DNA from: a virus
Lineage: Duplodnaviria > Caudoviricetes
IMG/VR virus record: IMGVR_UViG_3300027819_000006
Strand: one strand, 5' to 3'
Length of the DNA: 64,000 nucleotides
In this document: piece after piece, positions 31,012-39,958 of the stretch
How positions within the stretch are numbered: the first letter of the stretch is position 1
Layout of the letters: each line of letters begins with the position of its first letter
The notes under the pieces: generated by a model
Databases searched by the model: none
Seen by the model: only the letters and a program-made list of their open reading frames with translations
Told to the model about the DNA's origin: nothing
Translations under genes and position numbers: made by a program

Positions 31012-31737
31012 CTAATCCTTTCTTGAAACTAATATGTTTAATTGTTTGTGAACCAATTCGTGTAGAAGATCTAATGATTCTTTTTCTTCTACTTTCATTT
31101 CACTTAATATTTTTATAAAACTAACAGCAAAATTTTTAAACTTGTAGTCTTCAAAAAATTCTACTAGATATTCTTCTGGAATTTTATTTAGGATAGTAGA
31201 GGCAATATCTTCTTTACTGATTATCTTCACTATTTCTTTAATCTCATCTACTATTACAGCCTTATTCATGTCATCTAAATCTCTACCATCCAATAAAGAG
31301 TTTAATTCATCTACTACATTTTTAAACACTCTATATAGTTTTCTTTTATCTTTTACTATCCAGTTCTCATATTGCTCAGCATTACCAGTAAAAGAAACTA
31401 TGTCATTCACATTAATATAGTGAGTACCATCAGATCTGCTTCTGATTTTGTTGACTAAATATGATTCTAGTAGATGTTTAACTTTCTTAAACATCTCTTC
31501 ATCATGCATGAATTTGTTTCTTAGAGCCATCATGGACTCACTTACTACAAATTCATAGATGTTTTTAATTTTTTCTAATAGCTCTGATTTGCTACTTTCA
31601 TCTGAAACTTTAGATGTTCTAATGTTGTTTTTGTCTTGAATATGCTTTTTAAATTTGTCAAAAACATCTTCTTTATTGATTCTAAATAATATTTCTATAG
31701 GAGCTGTAGCTTTGTCTGCTGTTTCTTCTGACATCAA
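31012..31737 (-). CDS. Hypothetical protein
   Basis: 241-aa ORF in an operon-like overlap arrangement. Confidence 0.5.
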   Translation of the reverse strand: MMSEETADKATAPIEILFRINKEDVFDKFKKHIQDKNNIRTSKVSDESSKSELLEKIKNIYEFVVSESMMALRNKFMHDEEMFKKVKHLLESYLVNKIRSRSDGTHYINVNDIVSFTGNAEQYENWIVKDKRKLYRVFKNVVDELNSLLDGRDLDDMNKAVIVDEIKEIVKIISKEDIASTILNKIPEEYLVEFFEDYKFKNFAVSFIKILSEMKVEEKESLDLLHELVHKQLNILVSRKD

Positions 31738-33062
31738 ATTTCTCCAATTTTGTTACATTTTAGAGTATAAAGAACAAATTCATTTTCTAAAATATTTAAT
31801 GATTCTTTTACTATATCAAATAGCAAATGATGCTCTTCTACAAAACAGTCTAATATAATAGAATCATGCTTTGTAGCTATTATTTTTGACTTCAAGTTGT
31901 TTCTAATAATGTTTGATTGAAAATTTGACACAAACTTTAAGAATATACATACTGCTTCATTCTGACAAAGATTATTAATGCTCTTGTCTTGAACATCTTC
32001 TAAACTGGTGTAAGATATGCTCTTTCCAGAAGAGCATACTATCTTCCTATTTTCTATACTCTTTATGTATTGTAAGATTCTAAATTTTAATTCTTTAATT
32101 TCTTTAATAGTTTCTAATTCTTTATTTCTATTTTTGTAACCATAAAGAAATGGTATAATAGAATTTTTTAAATTAGTTCTATTCTTTTTTAGAATTTTAG
32201 AATAATAAGTATAAAAATCAGTTTCTAAAAGCTTGATTCTAAAGATTTTATATAGCGTCTTAATCTCAAAATTTGAAAAGTCAAGAGACACAATTATACC
32301 CTGATCATCAAATCTACTCACAATACATTTTTCATACTTCTTCTGAATTGTGTGAAAACTTGAAGATAACCTTCCAGTACTGGTTTTAGTAAGGCTATAA
32401 CTTAAGTTAGCTATTTTACTATTCTCTATATAGTCATTGTAATAATTTTTTATGTGGCTATAAACATAGTTTGCATGATTTATATCAATATTTATTTTAT
32501 TTGTTTCTATAATAGAATATGTTATAGAAACTTCATGCAATAGTTTCGTAAATTCATTTTCTTTATAGTTATTCTCTATATAGTTCTTAAGTTTATTTAA
32601 TACTACTGTCTCATCTATTAAACTTTTATTTAATAAATTTTCATTAAATATTTGATAAGGGACTATAGATAGATCATAGCTTTTATTAACAAAGCTTTTC
32701 AGATCATTTCTATATTTTGTTCCAGTAATATTTCTGATCTCTTCATCATCTAGATCTAAATCTTTGTTCAGAATATTGCTTAAAGCTATTCTGACATCAA
32801 TAAATTTAGTATGATCTAATATTATATTTTGTTCAGCAAATGCTTTTGAAAATTCTTTTAAGTCATAAATGTATAATCTATTCAACTTATGAATGTTTTC
32901 TGCTATCAGCTTTATATCTATACAATTTAGAACATAAATTTCATCATTGCTGCAAAAGCAGAATCTGACTAGTTTGTTGTCAGAACTGCTTTTGTAATTT
33001 ATGATGCTGTCATCTTTGAAATTGCTGAAAAATATGTCTTCGTTTACATAGAACACTTTCAT
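31734..33062 (-). CDS. Compact family A DNA polymerase-like protein
   Basis: TSTGRLSS, motif A SLDFSNFE, motif B R..LK.....FLYG, N..CQ..A, motif C KHDSIILD. Confidence 0.7.
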   Translation of the reverse strand: MKVFYVNEDIFFSNFKDDSIINYKSSSDNKLVRFCFCSNDEIYVLNCIDIKLIAENIHKLNRLYIYDLKEFSKAFAEQNIILDHTKFIDVRIALSNILNKDLDLDDEEIRNITGTKYRNDLKSFVNKSYDLSIVPYQIFNENLLNKSLIDETVVLNKLKNYIENNYKENEFTKLLHEVSITYSIIETNKINIDINHANYVYSHIKNYYNDYIENSKIANLSYSLTKTSTGRLSSSFHTIQKKYEKCIVSRFDDQGIIVSLDFSNFEIKTLYKIFRIKLLETDFYTYYSKILKKNRTNLKNSIIPFLYGYKNRNKELETIKEIKELKFRILQYIKSIENRKIVCSSGKSISYTSLEDVQDKSINNLCQNEAVCIFLKFVSNFQSNIIRNNLKSKIIATKHDSIILDCFVEEHHLLFDIVKESLNILENEFVLYTLKCNKIGEI

Positions 33063-33068
33063 GTAGAT

Positions 33069-34235
33069 CTATCCGATCTTTATTGACTTAACGATATGCT
33101 GTCCAGGCAGAGAACATAAATAATTCTGCATTATTTCAGTAGCAGACAAACTTCTATTAAATATTCTAGTAAGCCCTATAACTCCTGTCAGTCCTGAATT
33201 AGACAAATCTAATGATTTACCAATCACCAATCTTGAATTTGCTATCAGTTGTGGAATTGATGTAAAAGCACTATAAGAAGCACATGCTCCATTTATATAG
33301 ATTGTAGCACCAGAAAAACTTCCAGTACTTCCATCAAATGTAGCAGCAACATGATACCATTTGCCTAAAGCCAAAGGACCAGCAGTGAAACTATTAGTCC
33401 CTATGTTCAATTTTAATACACCTGAATCTTCTTTTAATCCCAAAGTTTCAGTAGCACCAGATCCTATAGACATTATCTGGCTGTGACTGGTAGCAGCAAA
33501 TTTCACAAAGCATAATACAGACATTCCTGATAATGCTGTGCTAACAGGATTGAATAAAGCTGATGACGCACTTTCCATCCAAGATTTACCATCAAATCTA
33601 AATCCGCCATCACAAGGAGAATAAGTCCAACCTGTCACAGTAGCACTTAATCCATCTCCTGAAGCGCAACCTTTAATACTAGCATTCAGAGAATTTCCTG
33701 ATCTATCTGCTACAGCAGTTAAAGAAGTACTCAATTCTTGTCTGTTATATGTATAATATAATACAAGACTTGATCCAGTTACACCATTAGAGGGTAGTTG
33801 ATCAATATTTGGTCTTATTCCTGTACCAAAATAATTTAGAAGACCTAGTCTCTGAAAACCACTTAGAGAAATATCTCCAAAATAAACTCCTAAATCGTTT
33901 ATAATGACACTCAATTTATTATAATTAGACATAGCTGTACTGATAATATATTGAGTAGAGTCAGAAGTCATGCTTCCTTGCTGAGCTGTATGAGACTGAC
34001 AATACAAAGCTTGAGAACCTGTAACTGAAGATAGACCGGCTGTAGTTCCAATAGTCAAATATAGAGTTCCGCTGCCACCATCATTAGTATTGCTTCTGAT
34101 TCTGCCTACAGAGATAAAATTATTTCCTGTAAGAGCATCAGATTGTACTAAATTGAATATAGGCTGCTCATTGAAAGATCCGGTATTACCAAGGAACTTT
34201 AGTTTTGTCTCAATAATGAAATTGTCAGTCTGCAT
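33069..34235 (-). CDS. Virion protein with LamG/concanavalin A-like domain
   Basis: FDG...W.HVAATFDG...IYING...IG...G.IG..RIFNRSLS..EI..NY; Ser/Thr/Gly-rich. Confidence 0.75.
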   Translation of the reverse strand: MQTDNFIIETKLKFLGNTGSFNEQPIFNLVQSDALTGNNFISVGRIRSNTNDGGSGTLYLTIGTTAGLSSVTGSQALYCQSHTAQQGSMTSDSTQYIISTAMSNYNKLSVIINDLGVYFGDISLSGFQRLGLLNYFGTGIRPNIDQLPSNGVTGSSLVLYYTYNRQELSTSLTAVADRSGNSLNASIKGCASGDGLSATVTGWTYSPCDGGFRFDGKSWMESASSALFNPVSTALSGMSVLCFVKFAATSHSQIMSIGSGATETLGLKEDSGVLKLNIGTNSFTAGPLALGKWYHVAATFDGSTGSFSGATIYINGACASYSAFTSIPQLIANSRLVIGKSLDLSNSGLTGVIGLTRIFNRSLSATEIMQNYLCSLPGQHIVKSIKIG

Positions 34236-35037
34236 TTATTTCACCATTATACCAAATTTCTATAAATTTACATTTAAGAAAATTTTTTATTTCATTTTTT
34301 CTTGTTTTATCTTTTTCAATTGCATATTCATGTCTTTTTTCATAGTATTCTATAACAATATTTTTTTCTTTATCATATCCATCTACAAAATATCCTAATT
34401 CTTTTATATGAAATTCTCCACCGTTCATTCCATGCTGAAAATTATAGTTATACTGCTTACCATATTCATCAATAATTTCACAAGCTTTGGGACTGAATAT
34501 AGGAAATACTTTACCTATTTTTTCTAAAAATGCTATAGCTTTTATTTTTTTTTTAATTTTAGTTTCGTCAGATTGTTTAAATTTCATTCCTTTGTTCCAA
34601 GCTATTTGTCCCTTATGAGCTTTACTATTTTTCAATCTGTGTTCTTTAGTTTGAACTCTGCCTGTCATAGCTTTCGATCTTTTAATATTGGATTCTTCCG
34701 AATTCCAAACTTCATTATTATTTTTTCTACTTCTAATTCTTTTATTGTTTCTTTCTAAATCTTTTTTATAATTTTTCTTATTTCCTTCACTTATATTCTT
34801 TTTATGCTCTTCTGTTTGAGGACTCGATTTTCTTTTCTTACCTTATTGTCTACAACCATCTCTATTTCCTATTTTTGAACAACTTCTACATAATGTTGAA
34901 AAAACATTAATTGTATTGTTACACAAATCATTACTACATTTCTTTGTATTAATTCTATGTTTACCACAATACTCTATACCCCTCTTTTCTGAATTTATAT
35001 TTATTTTTTTATTACAATTTTCAGTTTTACATTTCAT
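34225..35037 (-). pseudogene. Endonuclease (Cys-rich + NUMOD3-like + PD-(D/E)xK-like) interrupted by one in-frame TAA at 34843-34845
   Basis: ORFs 34843..35037 and 34225..34668 are in the same frame; the 58 codons between them are open (GKKRKSSPQTEEHKKNISEG...); C-terminal FVDGYD...VIEYYE..H. Confidence 0.8.
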
Positions 35038-35055
35038 GGTGTTTCTCTAAATTAA

Positions 35056-35150
35056 AATTGCTAAGTATTGGATCTTAAAAGACTATATGTCTAAAGATGC
35101 TTAGCAATTAGAATTTAAGTCTTTTAAGATCCAATAATAAATATAACTGA
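35056..35150 (-). promoter_or_regulatory. Structured leader upstream of endonuclease 34225..35037
   Basis: Perfect inverted pairs 35056-35065/35100-35109 (10 bp) and 35066-35084/35118-35136 (19 bp); ataataaatataactga at 35134-35150. Confidence 0.75.
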
Positions 35151-35286
35151 ATATAAAAAAAACAAAATTGACACTATTGAAGCTCCTTTATAGATATTTC
35201 TCAATAAATTCTCTACTGTTAAACCACTTTTCATGAAAATTGTTATTTTAGTAATCTGGATTATATCAAATTTAGAGAACCATTCC

Positions 35287-35916
35287 TCATATTTTTTTAA
35301 ATTTTTTGCAAATATTTCTATATAATGCTGAGTTTATTTTTATAGCATAAAATCCACTAGAATTTGTTATCATTATTTCATGTTTACTTTTTATTGCTCT
35401 ATCCAAATTTTCTGAAGAATATGTATTTACATGATCTTTGAAAAAATCATATCCAGATTTTAATTCTTCCTCATATGTTTCTCTGGGTAATCTATGTATT
35501 AAATCATAATCATCTCTATTCTTTTCGACATAATCAACATAATGAATTAAAGAATCACTAAAAGCTCTACTCCATAAGTATTTAAAATCATCTATCATGA
35601 ATATTCTATATATTGTCCCATGTAGATTGGCTGTCACTTTTGATCCTGTACAAAAAGTTGAATCACTCATTTTTATAAATCCAAAATATTTAGCAGCATT
35701 ATCAAATCCTTTTACAAATCCTTTATTATCTTGTAATCCTGTTGGTATATTTTTTGCAATTATAGATTTGAAAAAAAATTCTCTTGTAACAGATATTCCT
35801 TTGTATAGAGGCAAATTTTTAGACTCAGTTAAAAAATGTGAACAATCTTTTGTAATAAGATTGTATACTTCTTGAACATTAACAGATAATATTTCTATAG
35901 CTTCTTTTAGTTTCAT
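35287..35916 (-). CDS. MKLK-leader protein, possible ADP-ribosyltransferase-like fold
   Basis: LPLYKG...FCTGS...A..HG..Y.IF pattern; paralogous to 46440..47040. Confidence 0.4.
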   Translation of the reverse strand: MKLKEAIEILSVNVQEVYNLITKDCSHFLTESKNLPLYKGISVTREFFFKSIIAKNIPTGLQDNKGFVKGFDNAAKYFGFIKMSDSTFCTGSKVTANLHGTIYRIFMIDDFKYLWSRAFSDSLIHYVDYVEKNRDDYDLIHRLPRETYEEELKSGYDFFKDHVNTYSSENLDRAIKSKHEIMITNSSGFYAIKINSALYRNICKKFKKI

Positions 35917-35918
35917 AA

Positions 35919-37385
35919 TTAATTTACTAACTGATAAATTGTCTGTCCTGGTTTTCTAAGTCTACTTGGTGCTATAAAAGCTTTAAAATCGTCTCCTTCG
36001 GAGATCTGAATTCCATCTATCTGAATGAGTCCTCTAGTTTGTATAACTTGAAAACCAACACTTCCAGTCAAAACTGATCCAACTAATGTATTCTTAACTA
36101 CAACTGGCTGCCATGTTCCTGTATCTGTGACCGCAGTTAATGTAACAGCTGAACTTCCCAATGTAAATATTATTCTACCTGATGTAGAACCAGATATAGA
36201 TCTATATCTTAATGAGCAGACATAATCATTTCCAGTAAATAGAAGTGCTGAATTTGATATATTCTGTAAAACTCCAGTATCTGCTGAAACAGCATTAATT
36301 CTAATACCAGATGCTCCATAAAAAATATTATTATTATCTTGAACTATAATAGGATTTGGAGAACCAGAGGGTGTCCAAACATTCTGAGAATTTTGAATCA
36401 GGTTTTCTGATCCCATTTCAAATCTTATAGTATCATCTGAAGGATCAATTGCTAAGAATCCTCCATGATCTAGAGAGCCTCCTTGTAATGATAATAAATC
36501 ACCAGAAGCAGATAAGCCCATGATAATTGTTTGTTCTGATGAAATAATATCTGAACCCTGAAAACCTGAAGGTGTTCCATCTAGATGATTTGGCGTTGAA
36601 TCTGTAATAGACCCAGATATAGCAGAAAACAATTGAAATGCAGATACTGAATCTAATCTCCACCATCCAGCTAAAACATTTGAAGAAGTGGTAAAATCAT
36701 TTATAGCTAAATCTTCTGGTGCCTTGCCAATAGATGTCAATGATGCTAATCTATTTATAGAACTTACAGAACCCGTAGCAAGCCATAGTCTCATTTCATC
36801 TATGACTCCACCAAATGCAATATTTCTTTCGCCTAACTGAGAAGCAGTCAAAACAGATGTAGTCCCAATAGTTCCTGATGCATATGCAGCACCATTTAAA
36901 AATATATTCATTGTCTTTGCACCAGATGCATATAAACAAAAAACATGATTCCAAGCTGTAGTAACTATAGAAGAAGTGCCAGACAACACATAAGTTAAAT
37001 CATGATCAATTCTAAATTCTATTACTGAAGATGTTCCTGCAGATAAAATATGTGCACTATATATTCCATCAAATCCAGAAGATGTAGCACAAGATGATCT
37101 CATTATAGAGACATCAAAGAATGTATTATGTGTATTACCAGATATATTAGGTTTTATCCAACAATCAAAAGACAAATTAGCAGCAGAAGTTCCTGATGTT
37201 CCAATATCTTCTGTAATTATTATGCTATCAAGAGTAATAGAGTTATTGATTCCATTAAAGGGAATAGATTTTAAAGACAGAACTCCTGGAGTATCTAGAA
37301 GGTTTATCACCTCTGGATTCTCGATCTGGCGCGAAAGTATGCTCTGAAAACTGCCAGAACTTATTGGGTTTAAATAGTTGAACAT
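35919..37385 (-). CDS. Virion protein with LamG-like domain
   Basis: SFDCWIKP, W.HV..Y...IFLNG, G.IDEMRLW, LAGWWRLD. Confidence 0.7.
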   Translation of the reverse strand: MFNYLNPISSGSFQSILSRQIENPEVINLLDTPGVLSLKSIPFNGINNSITLDSIIITEDIGTSGTSAANLSFDCWIKPNISGNTHNTFFDVSIMRSSCATSSGFDGIYSAHILSAGTSSVIEFRIDHDLTYVLSGTSSIVTTAWNHVFCLYASGAKTMNIFLNGAAYASGTIGTTSVLTASQLGERNIAFGGVIDEMRLWLATGSVSSINRLASLTSIGKAPEDLAINDFTTSSNVLAGWWRLDSVSAFQLFSAISGSITDSTPNHLDGTPSGFQGSDIISSEQTIIMGLSASGDLLSLQGGSLDHGGFLAIDPSDDTIRFEMGSENLIQNSQNVWTPSGSPNPIIVQDNNNIFYGASGIRINAVSADTGVLQNISNSALLFTGNDYVCSLRYRSISGSTSGRIIFTLGSSAVTLTAVTDTGTWQPVVVKNTLVGSVLTGSVGFQVIQTRGLIQIDGIQISEGDDFKAFIAPSRLRKPGQTIYQLVN

Positions 37386-37780
37386 TTTTTAAACAAACCT
37401 ATATTTTTCAATATAAAGGGGAATTTACGTGTCTCATATGATTTATATATCATTCTATTTTTAAACAAGTCTACATAAATTGTATCTATACTTTTAGATT
37501 TTTCTAATTCATTTATTAGATTTTCCATAGCTCTTTTTGATACATTTTCTTTAGAGTATTCTAATCCTAAGCTAGTGATAGACTCATCTTTTAATCTTAT
37601 CCATCCTAAATTTTCATAAACATAAATAAATATATCATCTATATTCTTAAATTTATAGCTCTTTCCAAATTTTCTCACTAATAGATCTTTATGTAGCTCA
37701 CTAGAGTATCCTATAAATTTACCTGTATCATCTATAAATAGAGAATTTTGTAAGCTTTCTAATAAAGTTTTTAATTTCAT
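37370..37780 (-). CDS. MKLK-leader small protein
   Basis: Starts MKLKTLLES; shares the FI...G...H...GW.R pattern with 37850..38275 and 46945..47454. Confidence 0.55.
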   Translation of the reverse strand: MKLKTLLESLQNSLFIDDTGKFIGYSSELHKDLLVRKFGKSYKFKNIDDIFIYVYENLGWIRLKDESITSLGLEYSKENVSKRAMENLINELEKSKSIDTIYVDLFKNRMIYKSYETRKFPFILKNIGLFKKCSTI

Positions 37781-37849
37781 AATTATAGATCCAGAGACAA
37801 AATTACAAACGCGCTAGTAAAATTTTTTGCATCATATAATCTTACATAG

Positions 37850-38275
37850 TTAATATGTTTTATGTATGATAAAGTCATTAGTATATTCCAAAATGATCAT
37901 AAAAATATATTGATCAATGTCTCTTAACTTAATTATTCTATATTTCCAAAAACTTTTAAAAACATCATCGATATAAATTTTAAAAGGATTATATTTAACT
38001 ATAAAGTTAAATATTTCTTTTTTAGCTAAATTTGTTAACATTCTATAATTAAAAGATATACACATATCTGTATTACTTAAAACAACTCTTGTATATCCAT
38101 GAGAATAAGCTTCATCATACATCTCATCCCCAGAATTATGTTGATCTATATTGTGAAATATTTGTTTATTTCTAGATAAATATTCAAAATGGTCTTTAAC
38201 TTCAATAAATATTCCATCATCATTAACCCAATATAGTCTGTATTTAATATATTCTAATAATGTTTTTAATTTCAT
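37850..38275 (-). CDS. MKLK-leader small protein
   Basis: Starts MKLKTLLEY; YWV..G..I...H...AY..GY.RV. Confidence 0.55.
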   Translation of the reverse strand: MKLKTLLEYIKYRLYWVNDDGIFIEVKDHFEYLSRNKQIFHNIDQHNSGDEMYDEAYSHGYTRVVLSNTDMCISFNYRMLTNLAKKEIFNFIVKYNPFKIYIDDVFKSFWKYRIIKLRDIDQYIFMIILEYTNDFIIHKTY

Positions 38276-39087
38276 AAATCAAGCTGCAAAATTACAGATG
38301 TCGAGGTAAAATTTAATTTTTTAATAGGTTGTGCAAGTTTTGAGATTGCTAGAAGTTCTCCTTCTTGATTATATAGTCCCACAGAACTTATAATCGGAGA
38401 AAAATCCAATCCAGAACTAACTAAAAATGGAGCAAATTCTGCTGCTGTTGTAGAAGATGTCAATGGATCAGACATCCAGTTTCCAACTCTACCAGAATTG
38501 AAAAACGTTGGGTTTAGAGAGTAGTTTTGCTCGTCATGAGGACAGCGACAGAAGACATTCAATCCTGTATGATTTACTTTTGATGAATATGAAATAGATG
38601 TAATTGCCAAAGTCAAATTTGCTGAACCAGCTGCTGTAACTACAAACATTCCATCATCTACTAGAACACAGCCTACAGTAGCACTTGTTGATTTTTGTAG
38701 CAACTGACCAGAACCAGAGTCTATATAGTCTCCAGCAAAATCTCCAGTTACAGTAGCTGTCAGAGAACCTTTTTGAAACCCTGTGTCATAGAATCTTTTC
38801 TTCAATGAAAATATTCCAATATATAAAGAAGTCAGACCAGAATATGAATTATAGAATCCTCTGTTGAATAGAGTCATCTGTGCATTATTGTAATGTCCAC
38901 TAAAACTCCCTGTTACTGCTGCTGTTAGAGAACAAGCAGAAGAATTTAGAGTGTCTAAAGCTGTTATAGAGAAATTGCGGCTAGTATAAAAATTTGTATA
39001 CAGAATATCAGAAGGATTTAATTGAACATAGGCAGATTCTATATCAGAGTTGACAACGATAGGAGTTTTGGGAGTGTTGAAAGCCAT
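38272..39087 (-). CDS. Baseplate/tail structural protein with C-terminal GLYN..GELLA..KL..P domain
   Basis: SVGLYNQEGELLAISKLAQPIKK; paralogous C-terminus in 39959..42133 and 42688..43554. Confidence 0.6.
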   Translation of the reverse strand: MAFNTPKTPIVVNSDIESAYVQLNPSDILYTNFYTSRNFSITALDTLNSSACSLTAAVTGSFSGHYNNAQMTLFNRGFYNSYSGLTSLYIGIFSLKKRFYDTGFQKGSLTATVTGDFAGDYIDSGSGQLLQKSTSATVGCVLVDDGMFVVTAAGSANLTLAITSISYSSKVNHTGLNVFCRCPHDEQNYSLNPTFFNSGRVGNWMSDPLTSSTTAAEFAPFLVSSGLDFSPIISSVGLYNQEGELLAISKLAQPIKKLNFTSTSVILQLDL

Positions 39088-39089
39088 TA

Positions 39090-39524
39090 TTACATTCCAA
39101 TATTTCTATAAATATCATAAATAAATTTATCTACATTCTGTATAATATTTTTTGGCACTTTATTAAATGATAGATATGGATCAATAAAATAATCTTTATA
39201 TTTTATGAAAGAATGCCCATTGACATATCCACTTATCATATCTTCTATGAGATTATTAACAATTTTATTTTTAAAATCTATTCTTTTTATATCTACATTT
39301 TTTCTCATATAATCTATAAAATTATCTATTTTATCTTCATCCCAAAAAATGAATTCTAAGTCTTTATAATATGGTTTATTTTTAAACTTTTCTTCTATAT
39401 TATACACAGAATCATGACATTCTTCGCCATATGAACAATCTTCAGATTTTAAAACAAAATCAATAATTTCATTTTCTACATTATTAACAGAAAATGTTTC
39501 ATTTATTAGATGTTTAAGTTTCAT
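39090..39524 (-). CDS. MKLK-leader small protein
   Basis: Starts MKLKHLINE; C.H...GH...IDP pattern. Confidence 0.45.
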   Translation of the reverse strand: MKLKHLINETFSVNNVENEIIDFVLKSEDCSYGEECHDSVYNIEEKFKNKPYYKDLEFIFWDEDKIDNFIDYMRKNVDIKRIDFKNKIVNNLIEDMISGYVNGHSFIKYKDYFIDPYLSFNKVPKNIIQNVDKFIYDIYRNIGM

Positions 39525-39844
39525 ATTTTAATGTTGTAATCTGACTTATATGTAGAATTATAAAACTGTTGTTTTAATTTCTGTAATTCTCTAATCAATT
39601 CATCAAAAAATGTCTGTGTGACAGATTTAGATGTATCTGCTGCTAACATCAGAGCTTCTGGCATTCTATTCTTAATAACTTTAAGTATTGTATGCTTCAA
39701 TGGTATTAATTTTTGTGCAGCTTCTTTTGGATGTCCAAGAGCAGAACCACGAGATTTTAGAAACATGTCAAGAGTTCCAGTTTCTTTTATCAACTCTTTT
39801 TCTATCTCTTCTTTGATAAGTTTTTTTAATTGTTTTTCAGTCAT
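39521..39844 (-). CDS. Small protein with KQLKKLIKEE leader
   Basis: N-terminus resembles that of 57159..57410. Confidence 0.45.
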   Translation of the reverse strand: MTEKQLKKLIKEEIEKELIKETGTLDMFLKSRGSALGHPKEAAQKLIPLKHTILKVIKNRMPEALMLAADTSKSVTQTFFDELIRELQKLKQQFYNSTYKSDYNIKI

Positions 39845-39958
39845 TTTTATCTCCTAAGATCTTATAACATTATAGCACTTCTGCATCTTCCGCAAGTATC
39901 AAACACAGATTTTATTGTGCTTTTGAACAATGTTCTCGGACATGTTTTACATTTCATA

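Noticed and set aside
35124-35234. 36-aa hydrophobic ORF (MKSGLTVENLL...FLYSVIFIIGS) overlapping the nuclease leader, a possible leader peptide or toxin
   Set aside because: No counterpart at the other three leaders and no clear RBS; likely chance in T-rich DNA.
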